Shown here piece after piece: positions 47,708-58,834 of a DNA stretch of 64,000 nt. The notes under the pieces are model-generated. The model did not search any database. It saw only the letters and a list, made by a program, of their open reading frames with translations, and was not told where the DNA came from. The stretch's first letter is position 1, and every line of letters starts with the position of its first letter. Source of the stretch: an uncultured Solirubrobacteraceae bacterium (GTDB taxonomy: Bacteria > Actinomycetota > Thermoleophilia > Solirubrobacterales > Solirubrobacteraceae); contig CAWEZQ010000014.1 in NCBI GenBank assembly GCA_963813685.1, positions 556,182-620,181 on the forward strand, given 5' to 3'. The position numbers and the translations under genes were made by a program.

Positions 47708-48181
47708 CTACGCGCGCGACGTGCGGCTCGACTCGCGCGCGCGGGCGGGCTCGCTCTCGAGGAGCGCCTTGAGCGCCTTGAGCTGCGCTGCGATGTCGTG
47801 GCCGATTCCCGCGCGCATCAGCGGGTGCAGCAGGCGCGGGGCAGCGAGCTCCGCGTCGCTTCGCTGGGTGAAGCGCGTGGAGCCGCGTAGGTCCTCGAGC
47901 AGATAGGCGACCACGAGCACGTCGTGCCCGTCGTCCTCGCGCCAGGAGACGCGATGCGGCGGCTCGGAGCTGGTGCAGCGGTGGTCCATGGTGCGCGCGG
48001 GGCGCACGGGGATCGGGCGGTGCACCACCTCGTAGCGCGCGCCCGGGCCGGGCGCGTCGCCGTCGAGCTGCGCGACTGACATGACCTTGGAGCACCAGCG
48101 CGGGTCGTTGCGCGCGTCGAGCACGAACGCGAACACGTCCTCGATGGGCCGCCCGATCTCGATGCTGCGCTCGATCCGCAT
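47708..48181 (-). CDS. SRPBCC family protein
   Basis: MRIERSIEIGRPIEDVFAFVLDARNDPRW...LKALLES. Confidence 0.85.
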   Translation of the reverse strand: MRIERSIEIGRPIEDVFAFVLDARNDPRWCSKVMSVAQLDGDAPGPGARYEVVHRPIPVRPARTMDHRCTSSEPPHRVSWREDDGHDVLVVAYLLEDLRGSTRFTQRSDAELAAPRLLHPLMRAGIGHDIAAQLKALKALLESEPARARESSRTSRA

Positions 48182-48355
48182 GCAGCCATCGTGGTGCGCG
48201 GCGTGCGCGCGCGCAAGGACCAATCGACCGCCGCCGGCGGGCTCCACCCGCGTTCATCGCGCGAGCTAGGGCGTTCATGTGAAGTTGTTGCAAATCGCGC
48301 GACGCGCAGCCGGCGCCGGGCCGCCGGCGGGCTCGGGTCGTTGAGCGTTCAAGTA

Positions 48356-48381
48356 GGTGTAGCCCGCGACACGCGGGGTAG
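48356..48381 (+). promoter_or_regulatory. SigB/SigF-type promoter motif GGTGT-N15-GGGTAG
   Basis: Upstream of the RBS AAGGAG and ATG 48434. Confidence 0.45.
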
Positions 48382-48433
48382 TCCGATCGCCAGGAGGCGT
48401 GGCGGGCAACCGCGTACAAGGAAGGAGAGAGCT

Positions 48434-48655
48434 ATGCCGAGGATCCTAGTGACGGCGCAGCAGACCCACGGGCCGCCCGGTGGACCGGTGCTTCTCGACG
48501 AGTGGGTTCTACCTGAGCACTTGAGTGACGACCACGCGGCCGCGCAGTTGGTCGAACGGATCGGCTGGGCGGTCAGTGACGCGGAGGACATCGAACAGGA
48601 GCATCCGCGTCACACAACAGCCACGGCGAGGCGGCGCAAGGCCGCATATCGCTGA
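48434..48655 (+). CDS. Small hypothetical protein (73 aa)
   Basis: Strong RBS AAGGAAGGAG; MPRILVTA...LVERIGWAVSDAE. Confidence 0.7.
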   Translation: MPRILVTAQQTHGPPGGPVLLDEWVLPEHLSDDHAAAQLVERIGWAVSDAEDIEQEHPRHTTATARRRKAAYR

Positions 48656-48744
48656 GGGCACCGCCGGTGCGCGGTTTGCGTGCGGTGCTTTGCGCAAGCC
48701 GCGTGCCCGTTGGCGGGACCAGCCTGCATCCCGATCGGTTCCAG

Positions 48745-48826
48745 TGGCGGGGGCAGGATTCGAACCTGCGAAGGCTGAGCCGCGTGATTTACAGTCACGT
48801 CCCTTTGACCGCTCGGGAACCCCGCC
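48745..48826 (-). tRNA. tRNA-Tyr (GTA)
   Basis: GGCGGGG acceptor, CGTGA-CTGTAAA-TCACG anticodon arm, long variable arm, GGTTCGAATCC T arm; CCA not encoded. Confidence 0.96.
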
Positions 48827-48846
48827 GGGAGAGCCGAGGATAGCGA

Positions 48847-49263
48847 TCAGGGTCCCGCGGATGAGAGCGCCCGGCCGGGTTCCACCTCGAAGTCGGCGTA
48901 CTTCGGGCCGCCCAGCAGCAGCCCCGATCCGCCCTCGACTGCTCCAGCCGGAATGAACCAGCGTCTGCCATCGGCCACGAGGACGAACAGGCGATCGCAG
49001 CGCCGCGCCTCGAAACGCTTGACGGTGCCGTTCCAGCTCTGATTTCCGCCGCGAGTACATACGGCGACTTCCCAGCGCTCGTTGCGAAACCGCCTGCTGG
49101 TCTTGACCTGAACGCGCAACAGATCCTGCCCGTCGTCGGCGATCAGGTCGTAGTCCGGGCTGTGCCCGATGGGCACAGACACGACGTGTCCGCTCGTCCC
49201 CAGCCACTCGAGCGCCGAGAGCTCGCCGAGATCACCCTGCCTGCGTGGCGAGAATCGCTGCAT
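48847..49263 (-). CDS. PD-(D/E)XK endonuclease of the group I intron-associated type (PDDEXK_5-like)
   Basis: QGDLGE, PIGHSPDYDLIAD, RVQVKT, D.LFV...WFIP. Confidence 0.8.
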   Translation of the reverse strand: MQRFSPRRQGDLGELSALEWLGTSGHVVSVPIGHSPDYDLIADDGQDLLRVQVKTSRRFRNERWEVAVCTRGGNQSWNGTVKRFEARRCDRLFVLVADGRRWFIPAGAVEGGSGLLLGGPKYADFEVEPGRALSSAGP

Positions 49264-49349
49264 GCCGGCAAACCTACGCTCGGCTTGAGATGGAACCCGC
49301 GATCGTCAGCCCGGGGTTCGGCGGCCGGGTGCCGACGGCCGCCCGGCGC

Positions 49350-50573
49350 CTACGAGGCCTCGCGCAGCTGCTGTGCTTCGGGCAGCGTCTGCAGCTTCTT
49401 GAGCGTGCGGTTCTCGATCTGGCGCACGCGCTCGCGCGTGATGTTGAACGCGCGGCCCACCTCCTCGAGCGTGCGCGAGCGCCCGCCGAGGATGCCGTAG
49501 CGCATTTCGATCACCTCGCGCTCGCGCCGCGGCAGCACCGCGAGCACGCGCATCACGTTCTCCCGGCGCAGGGCGTCGGAGGCGATCTCGAAAGGCGACT
49601 CCGCTGAGACGTCCTCGACGAAGTCCGCGAGCGCCGAGTCGTCCTCCTCGCCTACCGGCTTCTCGAGCGAGATGGGCTGCTGCGCAACGCGCATCACCTC
49701 GCGCACCTCGCGCACCGAGCAATCGAGCTCGCCTGCGAGCTCGTCCGCGGTGGGTTCGCGGCCGAGTTGCTGGATCATGCGGCGTTCGGTGTGGATCAGC
49801 TTGTTCAGGCGCTCCACCATGTGCACGGGGATGCGGATCGTGCGGCCCTTGTCCGCGAGCGAGCGCGTGACCGCCTGGCGGATCCACCAGGTGGCGTACG
49901 TCGAGAACTTGTATCCCCGTCTGTAGTCGAACTTCTCGACCGCGCGGATCAGTCCCAGCGAGCCCTCCTGGATCAGGTCGAGCAGCGTGAGGCCGCGGCC
50001 CACGTAGCCCTTGGCGATCGACACCACCAGGCGCAGGTTCGCCTCGACCATGTGCTGCTTGGCGGCCATGTCGCCGCGCTCGATGCGCTTGGCGAGAGAC
50101 ACCTCCTCGTCGGCGTTCAGCAGCGGCACGCGCCCGATCGCGCGCAGGTACAGACGAAGCGAGTCGAGGCTCGCTTCCGCGCTCAGGTCGAGCTCCGCGC
50201 GGCGCATGCCCTCGAGCCTGCCGCGCAGCCCGCTCTCCGCGTCCTCGGCGCCGTCCTCCGCCTCGCCCTCGCCACCGAGCTCCCGCGTGACGCCAGCCGT
50301 GAGCTCGTGGTCCGGCTCGCCCCCGTGTGCCGCCCGCGCGAGCCCGTCGCCCAGCTCGCCGCCGCGCATCACTTCGATCCCGTGCTCCTCCAGATACGCG
50401 AGCAGGTCCTCGGCCTGCTGCGCCGACAGCTCCGCGTCCTCCATCGCGCCCGCGAGCGCCTCCGGCGTCAGGAACCCCTTTTCCTGACCCTCGGCGAGGA
50501 TCCCCTCGAGCTCCTCCATCTCGGCCACAGCGGCCTCGACGGTGATCGTCGCACCCTTGCCCTTCGCTCTCAC
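49350..50573 (-). CDS. RpoD/SigA-like sigma-70 factor
   Basis: RBS GGAGGG plus GTG 50573; [57 protein letters not shown]...TRERVRQIE. Confidence 0.93.
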   Translation of the reverse strand: MRAKGKGATITVEAAVAEMEELEGILAEGQEKGFLTPEALAGAMEDAELSAQQAEDLLAYLEEHGIEVMRGGELGDGLARAAHGGEPDHELTAGVTRELGGEGEAEDGAEDAESGLRGRLEGMRRAELDLSAEASLDSLRLYLRAIGRVPLLNADEEVSLAKRIERGDMAAKQHMVEANLRLVVSIAKGYVGRGLTLLDLIQEGSLGLIRAVEKFDYRRGYKFSTYATWWIRQAVTRSLADKGRTIRIPVHMVERLNKLIHTERRMIQQLGREPTADELAGELDCSVREVREVMRVAQQPISLEKPVGEEDDSALADFVEDVSAESPFEIASDALRRENVMRVLAVLPRREREVIEMRYGILGGRSRTLEEVGRAFNITRERVRQIENRTLKKLQTLPEAQQLREAS

Positions 50574-50819
50574 TTGGACCCTCCAAGGACCCAAACTGCT
50601 CCCCGTCGAAGCGCCGCGGCGCATCGACCTCCCCTGCGTGCGCTTAGCCCTCCTGTGCGTTGCGTTTGGCCATCAGTGACAGCTTCTCCTCACCCTTGCG
50701 CCAATGCGGGACGCAGCATCCCGCGCCCGCCGACCCCTGACCGCCGGGCTACGCGAGATTGATACCAGAATCGCCGGTCGGGCGGGCCTCGGCGAACCCG
50801 CGCAGGACGCGCGCTACGC

Positions 50820-51842
50820 TTGCCCGCGGTGCACGCGATACGGATCAGTCCGTCCTCCGAGGCTGTGCTGGGGCGTGGCGATGACGTGCAGGAGCGCTTC
50901 CCCGGCGTGTCCGCGGGCCTCTCGCGCGTCGGCGTCACCGGCGTGGAGAAGGTCGTGCGCATCCGCGACGAGCTGTTCTTCGCGCGGCTCGACTGCTTCG
51001 TCGATCTCAGCCGCACGCAGAAGGGCGCGCACATGTCGCGATTCGACGAGGTCATCAACGAGGCGATCGGTCACGTGGTGCTGAGCGAGTCGCCGTTCCG
51101 AGCGGAGACGCTCGCCCAGCACATCGCGGAGCGCGTGCGCGAGCGACAGCGCGCCGAGCGGGCCGAGGTGACGATCGCGGCCCGCTACCCCGAGCACAAG
51201 CCCGCTCCCGTCTCGGGGGTGCAAACGCAGGAGATCTACACGCTGCATGGCCGCGCGGTGGCCTTCGAGCACGGCACGCGCCGCACCGTGGGCGTGTCAG
51301 CCACCGGCATGACCGCGTGCCCGTGCGCGCAGGAGATGGTCGCCGCGCGCGCCAGGGAGCGCCTCGCCGAGGAGGGCTTCCCCGGCGAGCAGATCGACGT
51401 GATCCTGCAGAGCATGCCGGTCGCCACGCACAACCAGCGCGGGCTCGCCACGCTGCAGATCGGCTGCATAGAGGAGTGCGACGCCGAGATCGAGGCCACC
51501 GCGCTGCTCGAGATCGCCGAGGCGAGCATGTCATCGGAGATCTACGAGCTGATGAAGCGCTCGGACGAGGTCGCGGTGGTCGAGAAGGCGCACTACCGCC
51601 CGCGCTTCGTGGAGGACTGCGTGCGCGAGATGCTCGGCGGCGTGGTGGAGCGCTTCCCGCAGCTCGACGGCGCGAGCTTCGTGAGCGCGCGCCAGGAGAA
51701 CCTCGAGACGATCCACCAGCACAACGTTGTCGCCGAGCGCCACGCGCTGCTCTGCGAGCTGCGCGAGGAGATCAACTCGGGCGTGCCCGCCGGCCACCAC
51801 ACCACGCTCGAGGAGTGGCTCGCGGCGGGCGCCGCTCGCTAG
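50820..51842 (+). CDS. folE2: GTP cyclohydrolase FolE2/MptA family
   Basis: DVQ...LSRVGV, KGAHMSRF, MTACPC, THNQR, LMKRSDE, PRFVEDCVR, ETIHQHN. Confidence 0.88.
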   Translation: MPAVHAIRISPSSEAVLGRGDDVQERFPGVSAGLSRVGVTGVEKVVRIRDELFFARLDCFVDLSRTQKGAHMSRFDEVINEAIGHVVLSESPFRAETLAQHIAERVRERQRAERAEVTIAARYPEHKPAPVSGVQTQEIYTLHGRAVAFEHGTRRTVGVSATGMTACPCAQEMVAARARERLAEEGFPGEQIDVILQSMPVATHNQRGLATLQIGCIEECDAEIEATALLEIAEASMSSEIYELMKRSDEVAVVEKAHYRPRFVEDCVREMLGGVVERFPQLDGASFVSARQENLETIHQHNVVAERHALLCELREEINSGVPAGHHTTLEEWLAAGAAR

Positions 51843-52390
51843 CCGTCCGAGCGGACCTGCAGCTGCGCCATCCGCCGGCGCACCCCGAAGAAGAAGTCGA
51901 GGCCCGAGAGCACCGTCACGAGCACCGTGACGTACAGCAACACCGCCACCCACGGCGGCGTGCCGTGCGTCGCGATCACCGCGAGGATCGCAGCGATCTG
52001 CAGGCACGTCTTGACTTTGCCGAGCATGTTCGCGCCCACGACCACTCCCATCTGGCTGGCGCCGAGCCGCAGCACCGTGACCGCGAGCTCGCGCGTGATG
52101 ATCACCATCGCTATCCACGCCGCGAGGCGGTGCAGCGACACCAGCGAGATCAGCGCCGCCACCACCAGCAGCTTGTCTGCGAGCGGGTCCATCAGCTTGC
52201 CGAACGACGTCACAGAGTCACGCGCGCGCGCGAGGTAGCCGTCCACGAAGTCGGTCAGCGACGCGAGCGCGAACACCACCGCAGCGATCACGTCGCCGCC
52301 CGGCGTCTTGCCGAGCAGCGCCACCACCAGCACCGGCACCAGCATGATGCGCAGCACCGTGAGCACGTTGGGAAGGTTCAGGGGGAACAC
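51839..52390 (-). CDS. pgsA: CDP-diacylglycerol--glycerol-3-phosphate 3-phosphatidyltransferase
   Basis: [20 protein letters not shown]...[15 protein letters not shown]. Confidence 0.92.
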   Translation of the reverse strand: MFPLNLPNVLTVLRIMLVPVLVVALLGKTPGGDVIAAVVFALASLTDFVDGYLARARDSVTSFGKLMDPLADKLLVVAALISLVSLHRLAAWIAMVIITRELAVTVLRLGASQMGVVVGANMLGKVKTCLQIAAILAVIATHGTPPWVAVLLYVTVLVTVLSGLDFFFGVRRRMAQLQVRSDG

Positions 52391-52446
52391 GACTGCTGAC
52401 AATATCCTCGAAGCCGCCTCCAAGTCCCCCGCGAAAGGAAACCGCC

Positions 52447-53427
<981 letters not shown>

Positions 53428-53479
53428 CCGCGACAGGGCCCGCCGGGAAGGCGGCTGGCCCGAACGCTAGGGTGGGGCC

Positions 53480-54061
53480 ATGCCGCTGATCCCCATGGTC
53501 ATCGAGCGGACCGCGCGTGGCGAGCGCGAGTTCGACATCTACTCGCGCCTGCTCAACGAGCGCATCATCTTCCTCGGCACGCCGATCGACGACCAGATCG
53601 CCAACCTGGTGGTCGCGCAGCTGCTGCACCTCGAGAGCGAGGACCCCGAGAAGGACATCTCGCTGTACATCAACTCGCCCGGCGGCAGCATCTACTCGGG
53701 CCTCGCCATCTACGACACGATGCAGTTCGTGAAGCCCGACATCGCAACCATGTGCGTGGGCGTCGCCATGTCGATGGGCTCGCTGCTGCTGGCCGCCGGC
53801 ACCAAAGGCAAGCGCGCGGTGCTTCCCAACTCGCGGATCCTGATCCACCAGCCTTCCGCCGGGTTCGAAGGGCAGTCCACCGACATCGAGATACACGCGC
53901 GCGAGATCCTCAAGGTGCGCGAGCGGATCGACACGATCTACGCCGAGCACACCGGCAGGACCGCCGAGCAGGTGCGGGCCGACATGGAGCGCGACCGCTT
54001 CTTCACCGCCGAGCAGGCGGTCGAGTACGGCCTGGTGGACAGGGTGCTCGAGCAGCACTAG
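53480..54061 (+). CDS. clpP: ATP-dependent Clp protease proteolytic subunit
   Basis: [37 protein letters not shown]. Confidence 0.96.
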   Translation: MPLIPMVIERTARGEREFDIYSRLLNERIIFLGTPIDDQIANLVVAQLLHLESEDPEKDISLYINSPGGSIYSGLAIYDTMQFVKPDIATMCVGVAMSMGSLLLAAGTKGKRAVLPNSRILIHQPSAGFEGQSTDIEIHAREILKVRERIDTIYAEHTGRTAEQVRADMERDRFFTAEQAVEYGLVDRVLEQH

Positions 54062-54088
54062 GCCGCCCGTGGGGAGCGCCCAGCGCGC

Positions 54089-55168
54089 ATGTCGGGCCTG
54101 AGCCGAGCCGAGCGCCTGCTGCTTGCGGCGCTCGCGCTGCTCACCGCCGCGGCGGGTCTCGCCGACTACGACCGCTGGGCGCCCGTCCCGCGCTTCGCGC
54201 TCGCCACGCTCGCGCTCGCGGGGCTCGCGTGGCTCGTGTCGCTCGCCACCGAGCAGCTCGGCGAGCACGCCGCGCCGGGCATCACCGGCATGCTGCAGGC
54301 CTCGCTCGGCAACCTGCCCGAGCTGTTCGTGGTGATCTTCGCGCTCCAAAAGGGCGAGACCACGGTCGCGCAGACCGCGCTCGTGGGATCGATCCTCGCC
54401 AACGCCCTGCTCGTGCTCGGCTTCGTGATCGTCGTCGGCGCCCGCCGCGAGCGCGACGGGCTGATGCGCTTCCACAAGCGCCTGCCGCGCGACACCGCCA
54501 CGCTGCTGCAGGTGACCGTGTTCATCATCGTGCTGCTCGGCCTCTCGCTCGGCGCGCACGACCCCGCGAGCCACCACGTGAAGGCGATCTCGATCGCCGG
54601 CGCGGTCTGCCTGCTGCTCGTGTACGTGGCCTGGCTCGTGCCCTACCTGCGCGCAGAACGCGGGCGCGGGCCCGTGCCGGATGACACCGGCGAGCCGCGC
54701 GCCGAGCCGCGCCTCTCGCTCCGTCTCGCGCTCGCGCTGCTGATCGCCGCGGGCGCGGGTTCCGCGTTCGTGTCGGAGTGGTTCGTGAACGCGCTCGCGC
54801 CGGCGATCTCGAAGCTCGGGCTCTCGCAGGCGTTCGCGGGTCTCGTGATCGTCGCGATCGCGGGCAACGCCGTCGAGCATGTCGCGGGCGTGGTGCTCGC
54901 GTGGCGCGGCAAGGCCGACCTCGCGATCGCGGTCGTCAAAAACTCGGTCGCGCAGATCGCCGCGTTCCTGTTCCCGGTGCTGGTGCTCGTCTCCTTCGCG
55001 CTTTCCACCACGCTCACGTTCGCGATCGCCCCCGTGTACATAGGCGCGCTCGCGCTCACCACGCTCGCGCTCGCCCAGGTCACAGGCGACGGCGAGGCCA
55101 CCGTCTTCGAGGGCTGGGCGCTCGTCGCGCTCTACGTGGTGCTCGCGGTGGTCACCGTGTACGAGTAG
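54089..55168 (+). CDS. Ca2+/H+ antiporter (CaCA family)
   Basis: GNLPE and GNAVEH alpha-repeat motifs; about 10 TM. Confidence 0.88.
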   Translation: MSGLSRAERLLLAALALLTAAAGLADYDRWAPVPRFALATLALAGLAWLVSLATEQLGEHAAPGITGMLQASLGNLPELFVVIFALQKGETTVAQTALVGSILANALLVLGFVIVVGARRERDGLMRFHKRLPRDTATLLQVTVFIIVLLGLSLGAHDPASHHVKAISIAGAVCLLLVYVAWLVPYLRAERGRGPVPDDTGEPRAEPRLSLRLALALLIAAGAGSAFVSEWFVNALAPAISKLGLSQAFAGLVIVAIAGNAVEHVAGVVLAWRGKADLAIAVVKNSVAQIAAFLFPVLVLVSFALSTTLTFAIAPVYIGALALTTLALAQVTGDGEATVFEGWALVALYVVLAVVTVYE

Positions 55169-55181
55169 GCGCCCGCCCGTC

Positions 55182-55946
55182 TCAGCCGCGGGTCAGGCCC
55201 TCGATCAGCGCGCCCGCGATGCCGCCCGCGCCGGCCGCCGCCGCCGTGCCCTCGGCGCCCTCGAGCGGCGCGATGAACAGGGTCTGGATGGCGAGCCGGC
55301 CGGGGCCCGTGAAGCGGTTCCACGTGAGCTTGCCGCCACCCCCGAAAACGCCCGTCTTGAGTCCCATCGTGACGGCCTCGAGCTTGACTGTGGGGTCCTT
55401 GAAGAGCCACCCGCCCGCCTCCACGTCGAGCTGCTCGCCCGCGTCGAGGTTCACGAGGAACACGTTGCCGTGGCCGTGCAGCCATACGAGCGCGTCGCCG
55501 TCGGTCGCGCGGAACTTGTCCATGAAGAAGCCCGACCCGCCGAGCAGCATGTTCTGTACGCCCTTGATGCGTTCGAAGCTGTAGTCGAGGTTGTCGGTCG
55601 CAGCGATGAACTGGTGCTCGCGCACATCCAGGCCTTCTCCCTGGCGCAGGTGCAGCGGCACGCACTGGCCCGGCGAGTCGCGCGAGAACGCGATCCGCCC
55701 CGAGCCCGAGGTGCGCGTGACGAAGAACTCGAGCCCCGCGATCTTGCGCTTCACCGCGCCCGGCAATTTCTTCAGCTCGATGTTCAGCTGCGTCTGCTTC
55801 CACAGCAGCACGTGGTGCTCGAACATCACCGCCCGATCGCCCACCTCCACCTGCAGCTCCGGAACCAGCTCGCCGCGGATGTGGTACGTCACGCCCGCGA
55901 ACTGCTCGTCGTGGACGGTCGCTGCGATCGGCTCTGGCAGGTGCAC
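55182..55946 (-). CDS. AIM24 family protein
   Basis: GGSGFFMDKF, VWLHGHGN, RFTGPGRLAIQT. Confidence 0.8.
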   Translation of the reverse strand: MHLPEPIAATVHDEQFAGVTYHIRGELVPELQVEVGDRAVMFEHHVLLWKQTQLNIELKKLPGAVKRKIAGLEFFVTRTSGSGRIAFSRDSPGQCVPLHLRQGEGLDVREHQFIAATDNLDYSFERIKGVQNMLLGGSGFFMDKFRATDGDALVWLHGHGNVFLVNLDAGEQLDVEAGGWLFKDPTVKLEAVTMGLKTGVFGGGGKLTWNRFTGPGRLAIQTLFIAPLEGAEGTAAAAGAGGIAGALIEGLTRG

Positions 55947-56026
55947 GGGGATCTCCTTACGGTGGTGGGCACCTGAGCTTCGCCGCTGCCCACCGCGCAG
56001 TCAAGGCTCCCCGACGAAGGGCGCCG

Positions 56027-57026
56027 CTACCCGCCCGACAGCCGCGCGCCGCCCGGCAGGCCGCACCCGCCGCCCGCCGAGCGCACCTGCGCCGCGCTCG
56101 GCGTGTCGTCTGCGAGCAGCTGCGGCACGCTCACCGCGCGCAGGTGCTTGCGCGCGAGCGCCGCGAAGATCGCGAGCAGCGCGCGCACCGTCTGGCCGTG
56201 GTTCTCGTGCATCAGGATGATCGCGCCCGGGCGCATGCCCGAGATCACGTTGCTTTCGATCTGCGCGTAGTTCGCGCCGAGCGAGTCGCGGCTGTCCACC
56301 GTCCACATGATCTCCAGCAGGCCGTGGCGGCGCACGATGCCGTCGATCGTCGCGTCGCGCCCTCCGTAGGGCGGGCGAAAAAGAAACACAGGGCCCCCGG
56401 AGGAGCGTTCGAGCGCGCGCTGAGTGCGCACGATTTCGCCTTCCGCCAGCGCAGGCGCGAGGCTCGTGAGCAGCGGATGGGTGAACGTGTGGTCGCCCAC
56501 CGCGCCCGCGATCTCGCGCTCGCGCCGCGTGGCGCCGGGCACGAGTGGGATGTTGCGCCCCACCACGAAGAACGTCGCCGCCACGTGGTGCTTGCGCAGC
56601 TTGTCGAGCACCAGGCGCGTGTATGGGCCGGGGCCGTCGTCGAACGTCAGCGCCACCTCGTCGCCGCGCGGCGCCGCGCAGTAGATCGGCCTGCCGAGCG
56701 CGATCAGCCTGCGCACCGCCGCGGTCTCGGGATAGCCGATCGCGCGCGCGCGAGCCGCGCTCGCGCGCGGCGCAGCGGCAGGCGCCGACGCCCCGCTCGA
56801 GGAAGCCGTGGCCGAGCGCGCCGCCGCCGCTTCCCTCGCGCGCACGCGCGCGCGGGAAGATGATCCAGATCCAGAATCCGCCGCCGCCCACGAGCAGCGC
56901 GAGCGCCAGCCCGGCCGCGAGCGCCGCGAGCACCCCGAGGGCGACCACGCGCCGGCGTACGTACGTACCGCGCTGCGAGGCGCCGGCCTGCACGGATCGC
57001 TGCGGGCTGTGCCGGCGCCGGGCCAC
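56027..57026 (-). CDS. Polysaccharide deacetylase (CE4/NodB), membrane-anchored; apparent +1 frameshift near 56875
   Basis: [35 protein letters not shown] in one frame; N-terminal [27 protein letters not shown] anchor in another frame starting at 57026. Confidence 0.8.
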
Positions 57027-57160
57027 CGCGCCACCGTAGCGGCACGGGCGCCGTGGAGCGCCGCGCGCCCTGCGTCCACGCTAGACTGGCGGTACCTCGC
57101 GCCTGGGCGGGGTTTTTCTTCGCCCAGTCCGCCTCATCACAACTACGCAGGGGTTTTCAC

Positions 57161-57325
57161 ATGGCCCGCGGAGACGTCCGAATCGCAGTCACCCTCGCGT
57201 GCGAGGAGTGCAAACATCGCAACTACCAGACCAACAAGAGCAAGCGCAACAATCCCGATCGCATCACCCTGCGCAAGTACTGTCGCTTCTGCCGCAGGCA
57301 CACCAGCCACCGGGAGACGCGCTAG
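57161..57325 (+). CDS. rpmG: 50S ribosomal protein L33 (Zn-ribbon form)
   Basis: [43 protein letters not shown]. Confidence 0.96.
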   Translation: MARGDVRIAVTLACEECKHRNYQTNKSKRNNPDRITLRKYCRFCRRHTSHRETR

Positions 57326-57340
57326 CTCAGGAGCGCAGCT

Positions 57341-57874
57341 GTGGCCCGTGATCGCAAACGTGCAAAGCAGCGCCGCGACCGGCGCGTGCGCCAGAGCGCG
57401 CCCGCGGCCTCGCCGAACCAGCCGCTGCGCGCAGACGTGCCCGGCGCGCTCGAGCACGCCTCCTCAGACGTCGACGAGTTCGACGCTGCGCTGCTGCGCG
57501 GCGCCGACGGCGTGCCGGTCGACAACGAGGCCGCCGAGAGCGCCTTCGGGGAGCGCGAAGAGCTCGGCGCCGGCGCGCCCGGCGGCGAGGAGGAGTCCGA
57601 CGATCTGCTGCAGGAGGCGTCGCCCGCCGACGGCGGCGCAGGCGCAGGCGCAGGCGCCATCGCGGCGCGGCCGTCCGGCGCCCCGATCCACGGCGGCAAC
57701 AGGGTCATCGGCTTCCTGCGGGCGAGCTGGGCCGAGCTTCAGCGCGTACAGTGGCCCGACCGCCGCCAGGTCACCCAGGCCACGGCCGTGGTGCTCGGCT
57801 TCGTGGCGATCGCCGGCCTGTATCTCGGCCTGGCCGACTTCGTGGCGAAGGAAATCGTCGAATTCATCCTCTGA
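57341..57874 (+). CDS. secE: Preprotein translocase SecE with long N-terminal extension
   Basis: FLRASWAELQRVQWPDRRQV plus one TM helix; position before nusG. Confidence 0.92.
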   Translation: MARDRKRAKQRRDRRVRQSAPAASPNQPLRADVPGALEHASSDVDEFDAALLRGADGVPVDNEAAESAFGEREELGAGAPGGEEESDDLLQEASPADGGAGAGAGAIAARPSGAPIHGGNRVIGFLRASWAELQRVQWPDRRQVTQATAVVLGFVAIAGLYLGLADFVAKEIVEFIL

Positions 57875-57884
57875 GGGACGCTGA

Positions 57885-58406
57885 ATGTTTCGCTGGTACG
57901 TCGTCAACACCTACTCCGGGCACGAGAACAAGGTCAAGCAGAACCTCGAGCACCGCGTGGTCTCGCTCGGACAGCAGCGCGCCGTGCGAAACGTGGTGGT
58001 GCCCACCGAAGCGGTCTCCGAGATGAAGGACAACCAGAAGGTCACCGTCGAGAAGCGCACCATGCCCGGCTATGTGCTCGTCAACATGGAGCTCAACGAG
58101 GACTCGTGGGGCGTCGTCAAGGGCACGCCCGGCGTCACCGGCTTCGTGGGAGCCTCCCAGGAGCCCGTGCCGCTGACCCAGGTCGAGGTGGACCGCCTGC
58201 TCCACAAGGAGGTCGCCACCGCCACGCGCACCCGTGCGCAGTTCTCGATCGGCGAGTCGGTCAAGGTCGTGTCCGGTCCGCTGTCGGACTTCTCCGGTGA
58301 GATCTCCGAGATCAACGAGGACGCCGCACGGCTCAAGGTGCTGGTATCAATCTTTGGTCGCGAGACCCCCGTCGAGGTGGGCTTCGACCAGGTGAAAAAG
58401 CTCTAG
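57885..58406 (+). CDS. nusG: Transcription factor NusG
   Basis: [24 protein letters not shown] motif, [11 protein letters not shown]. Confidence 0.97.
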   Translation: MFRWYVVNTYSGHENKVKQNLEHRVVSLGQQRAVRNVVVPTEAVSEMKDNQKVTVEKRTMPGYVLVNMELNEDSWGVVKGTPGVTGFVGASQEPVPLTQVEVDRLLHKEVATATRTRAQFSIGESVKVVSGPLSDFSGEISEINEDAARLKVLVSIFGRETPVEVGFDQVKKL

Positions 58407-58408
58407 CC

Positions 58409-58834
58409 ATGGCAAAGAAGGTCCTCACCACCATCAAGCTGCAGGCCAACGCCGGGCAGGCGAGCCCCGCGCCGCCGGTCGGTCCCGCGCTGGGCCAGCA
58501 CGGGATCAACATCATGGAGTTCTGCAAGGCCTTCAACGCGCAGACGCAGAGCGAAACCGGCACCGTCATCCCGGTGGTGATCACCGTGTACGAGGACCGC
58601 TCGTTCACGTTCGTCACCAAGACTCCCCCCGCCGCCGTGCTGATCCGCCAGGCGCTCAAGATCAACAAGGGCTCCGGCGAGCCCAACCGCACCAAGGTCG
58701 GCACCATCACCCAGGAGCAGCTGCGCGAGATCGCGCAGCGCAAGTTCGACGACCTCAACGCCAACGACATCGACCAGGCCGCCAAGATCATCGCCGGCAC
58801 CGCGCGCTCGATGGGCGTGGAGGTGGCCCAGTGA
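58409..58834 (+). CDS. rplK: 50S ribosomal protein L11
   Basis: [31 protein letters not shown]. Confidence 0.98.
   Translation: MAKKVLTTIKLQANAGQASPAPPVGPALGQHGINIMEFCKAFNAQTQSETGTVIPVVITVYEDRSFTFVTKTPPAAVLIRQALKINKGSGEPNRTKVGTITQEQLREIAQRKFDDLNANDIDQAAKIIAGTARSMGVEVAQ

Noticed and set aside
48826-49350. Group I intron hosting the PD-(D/E)XK nuclease
   Set aside because: tRNA-Tyr and the sigma gene are both uninterrupted, and the flanks (20 bp and about 85 bp) are too short for an intron core
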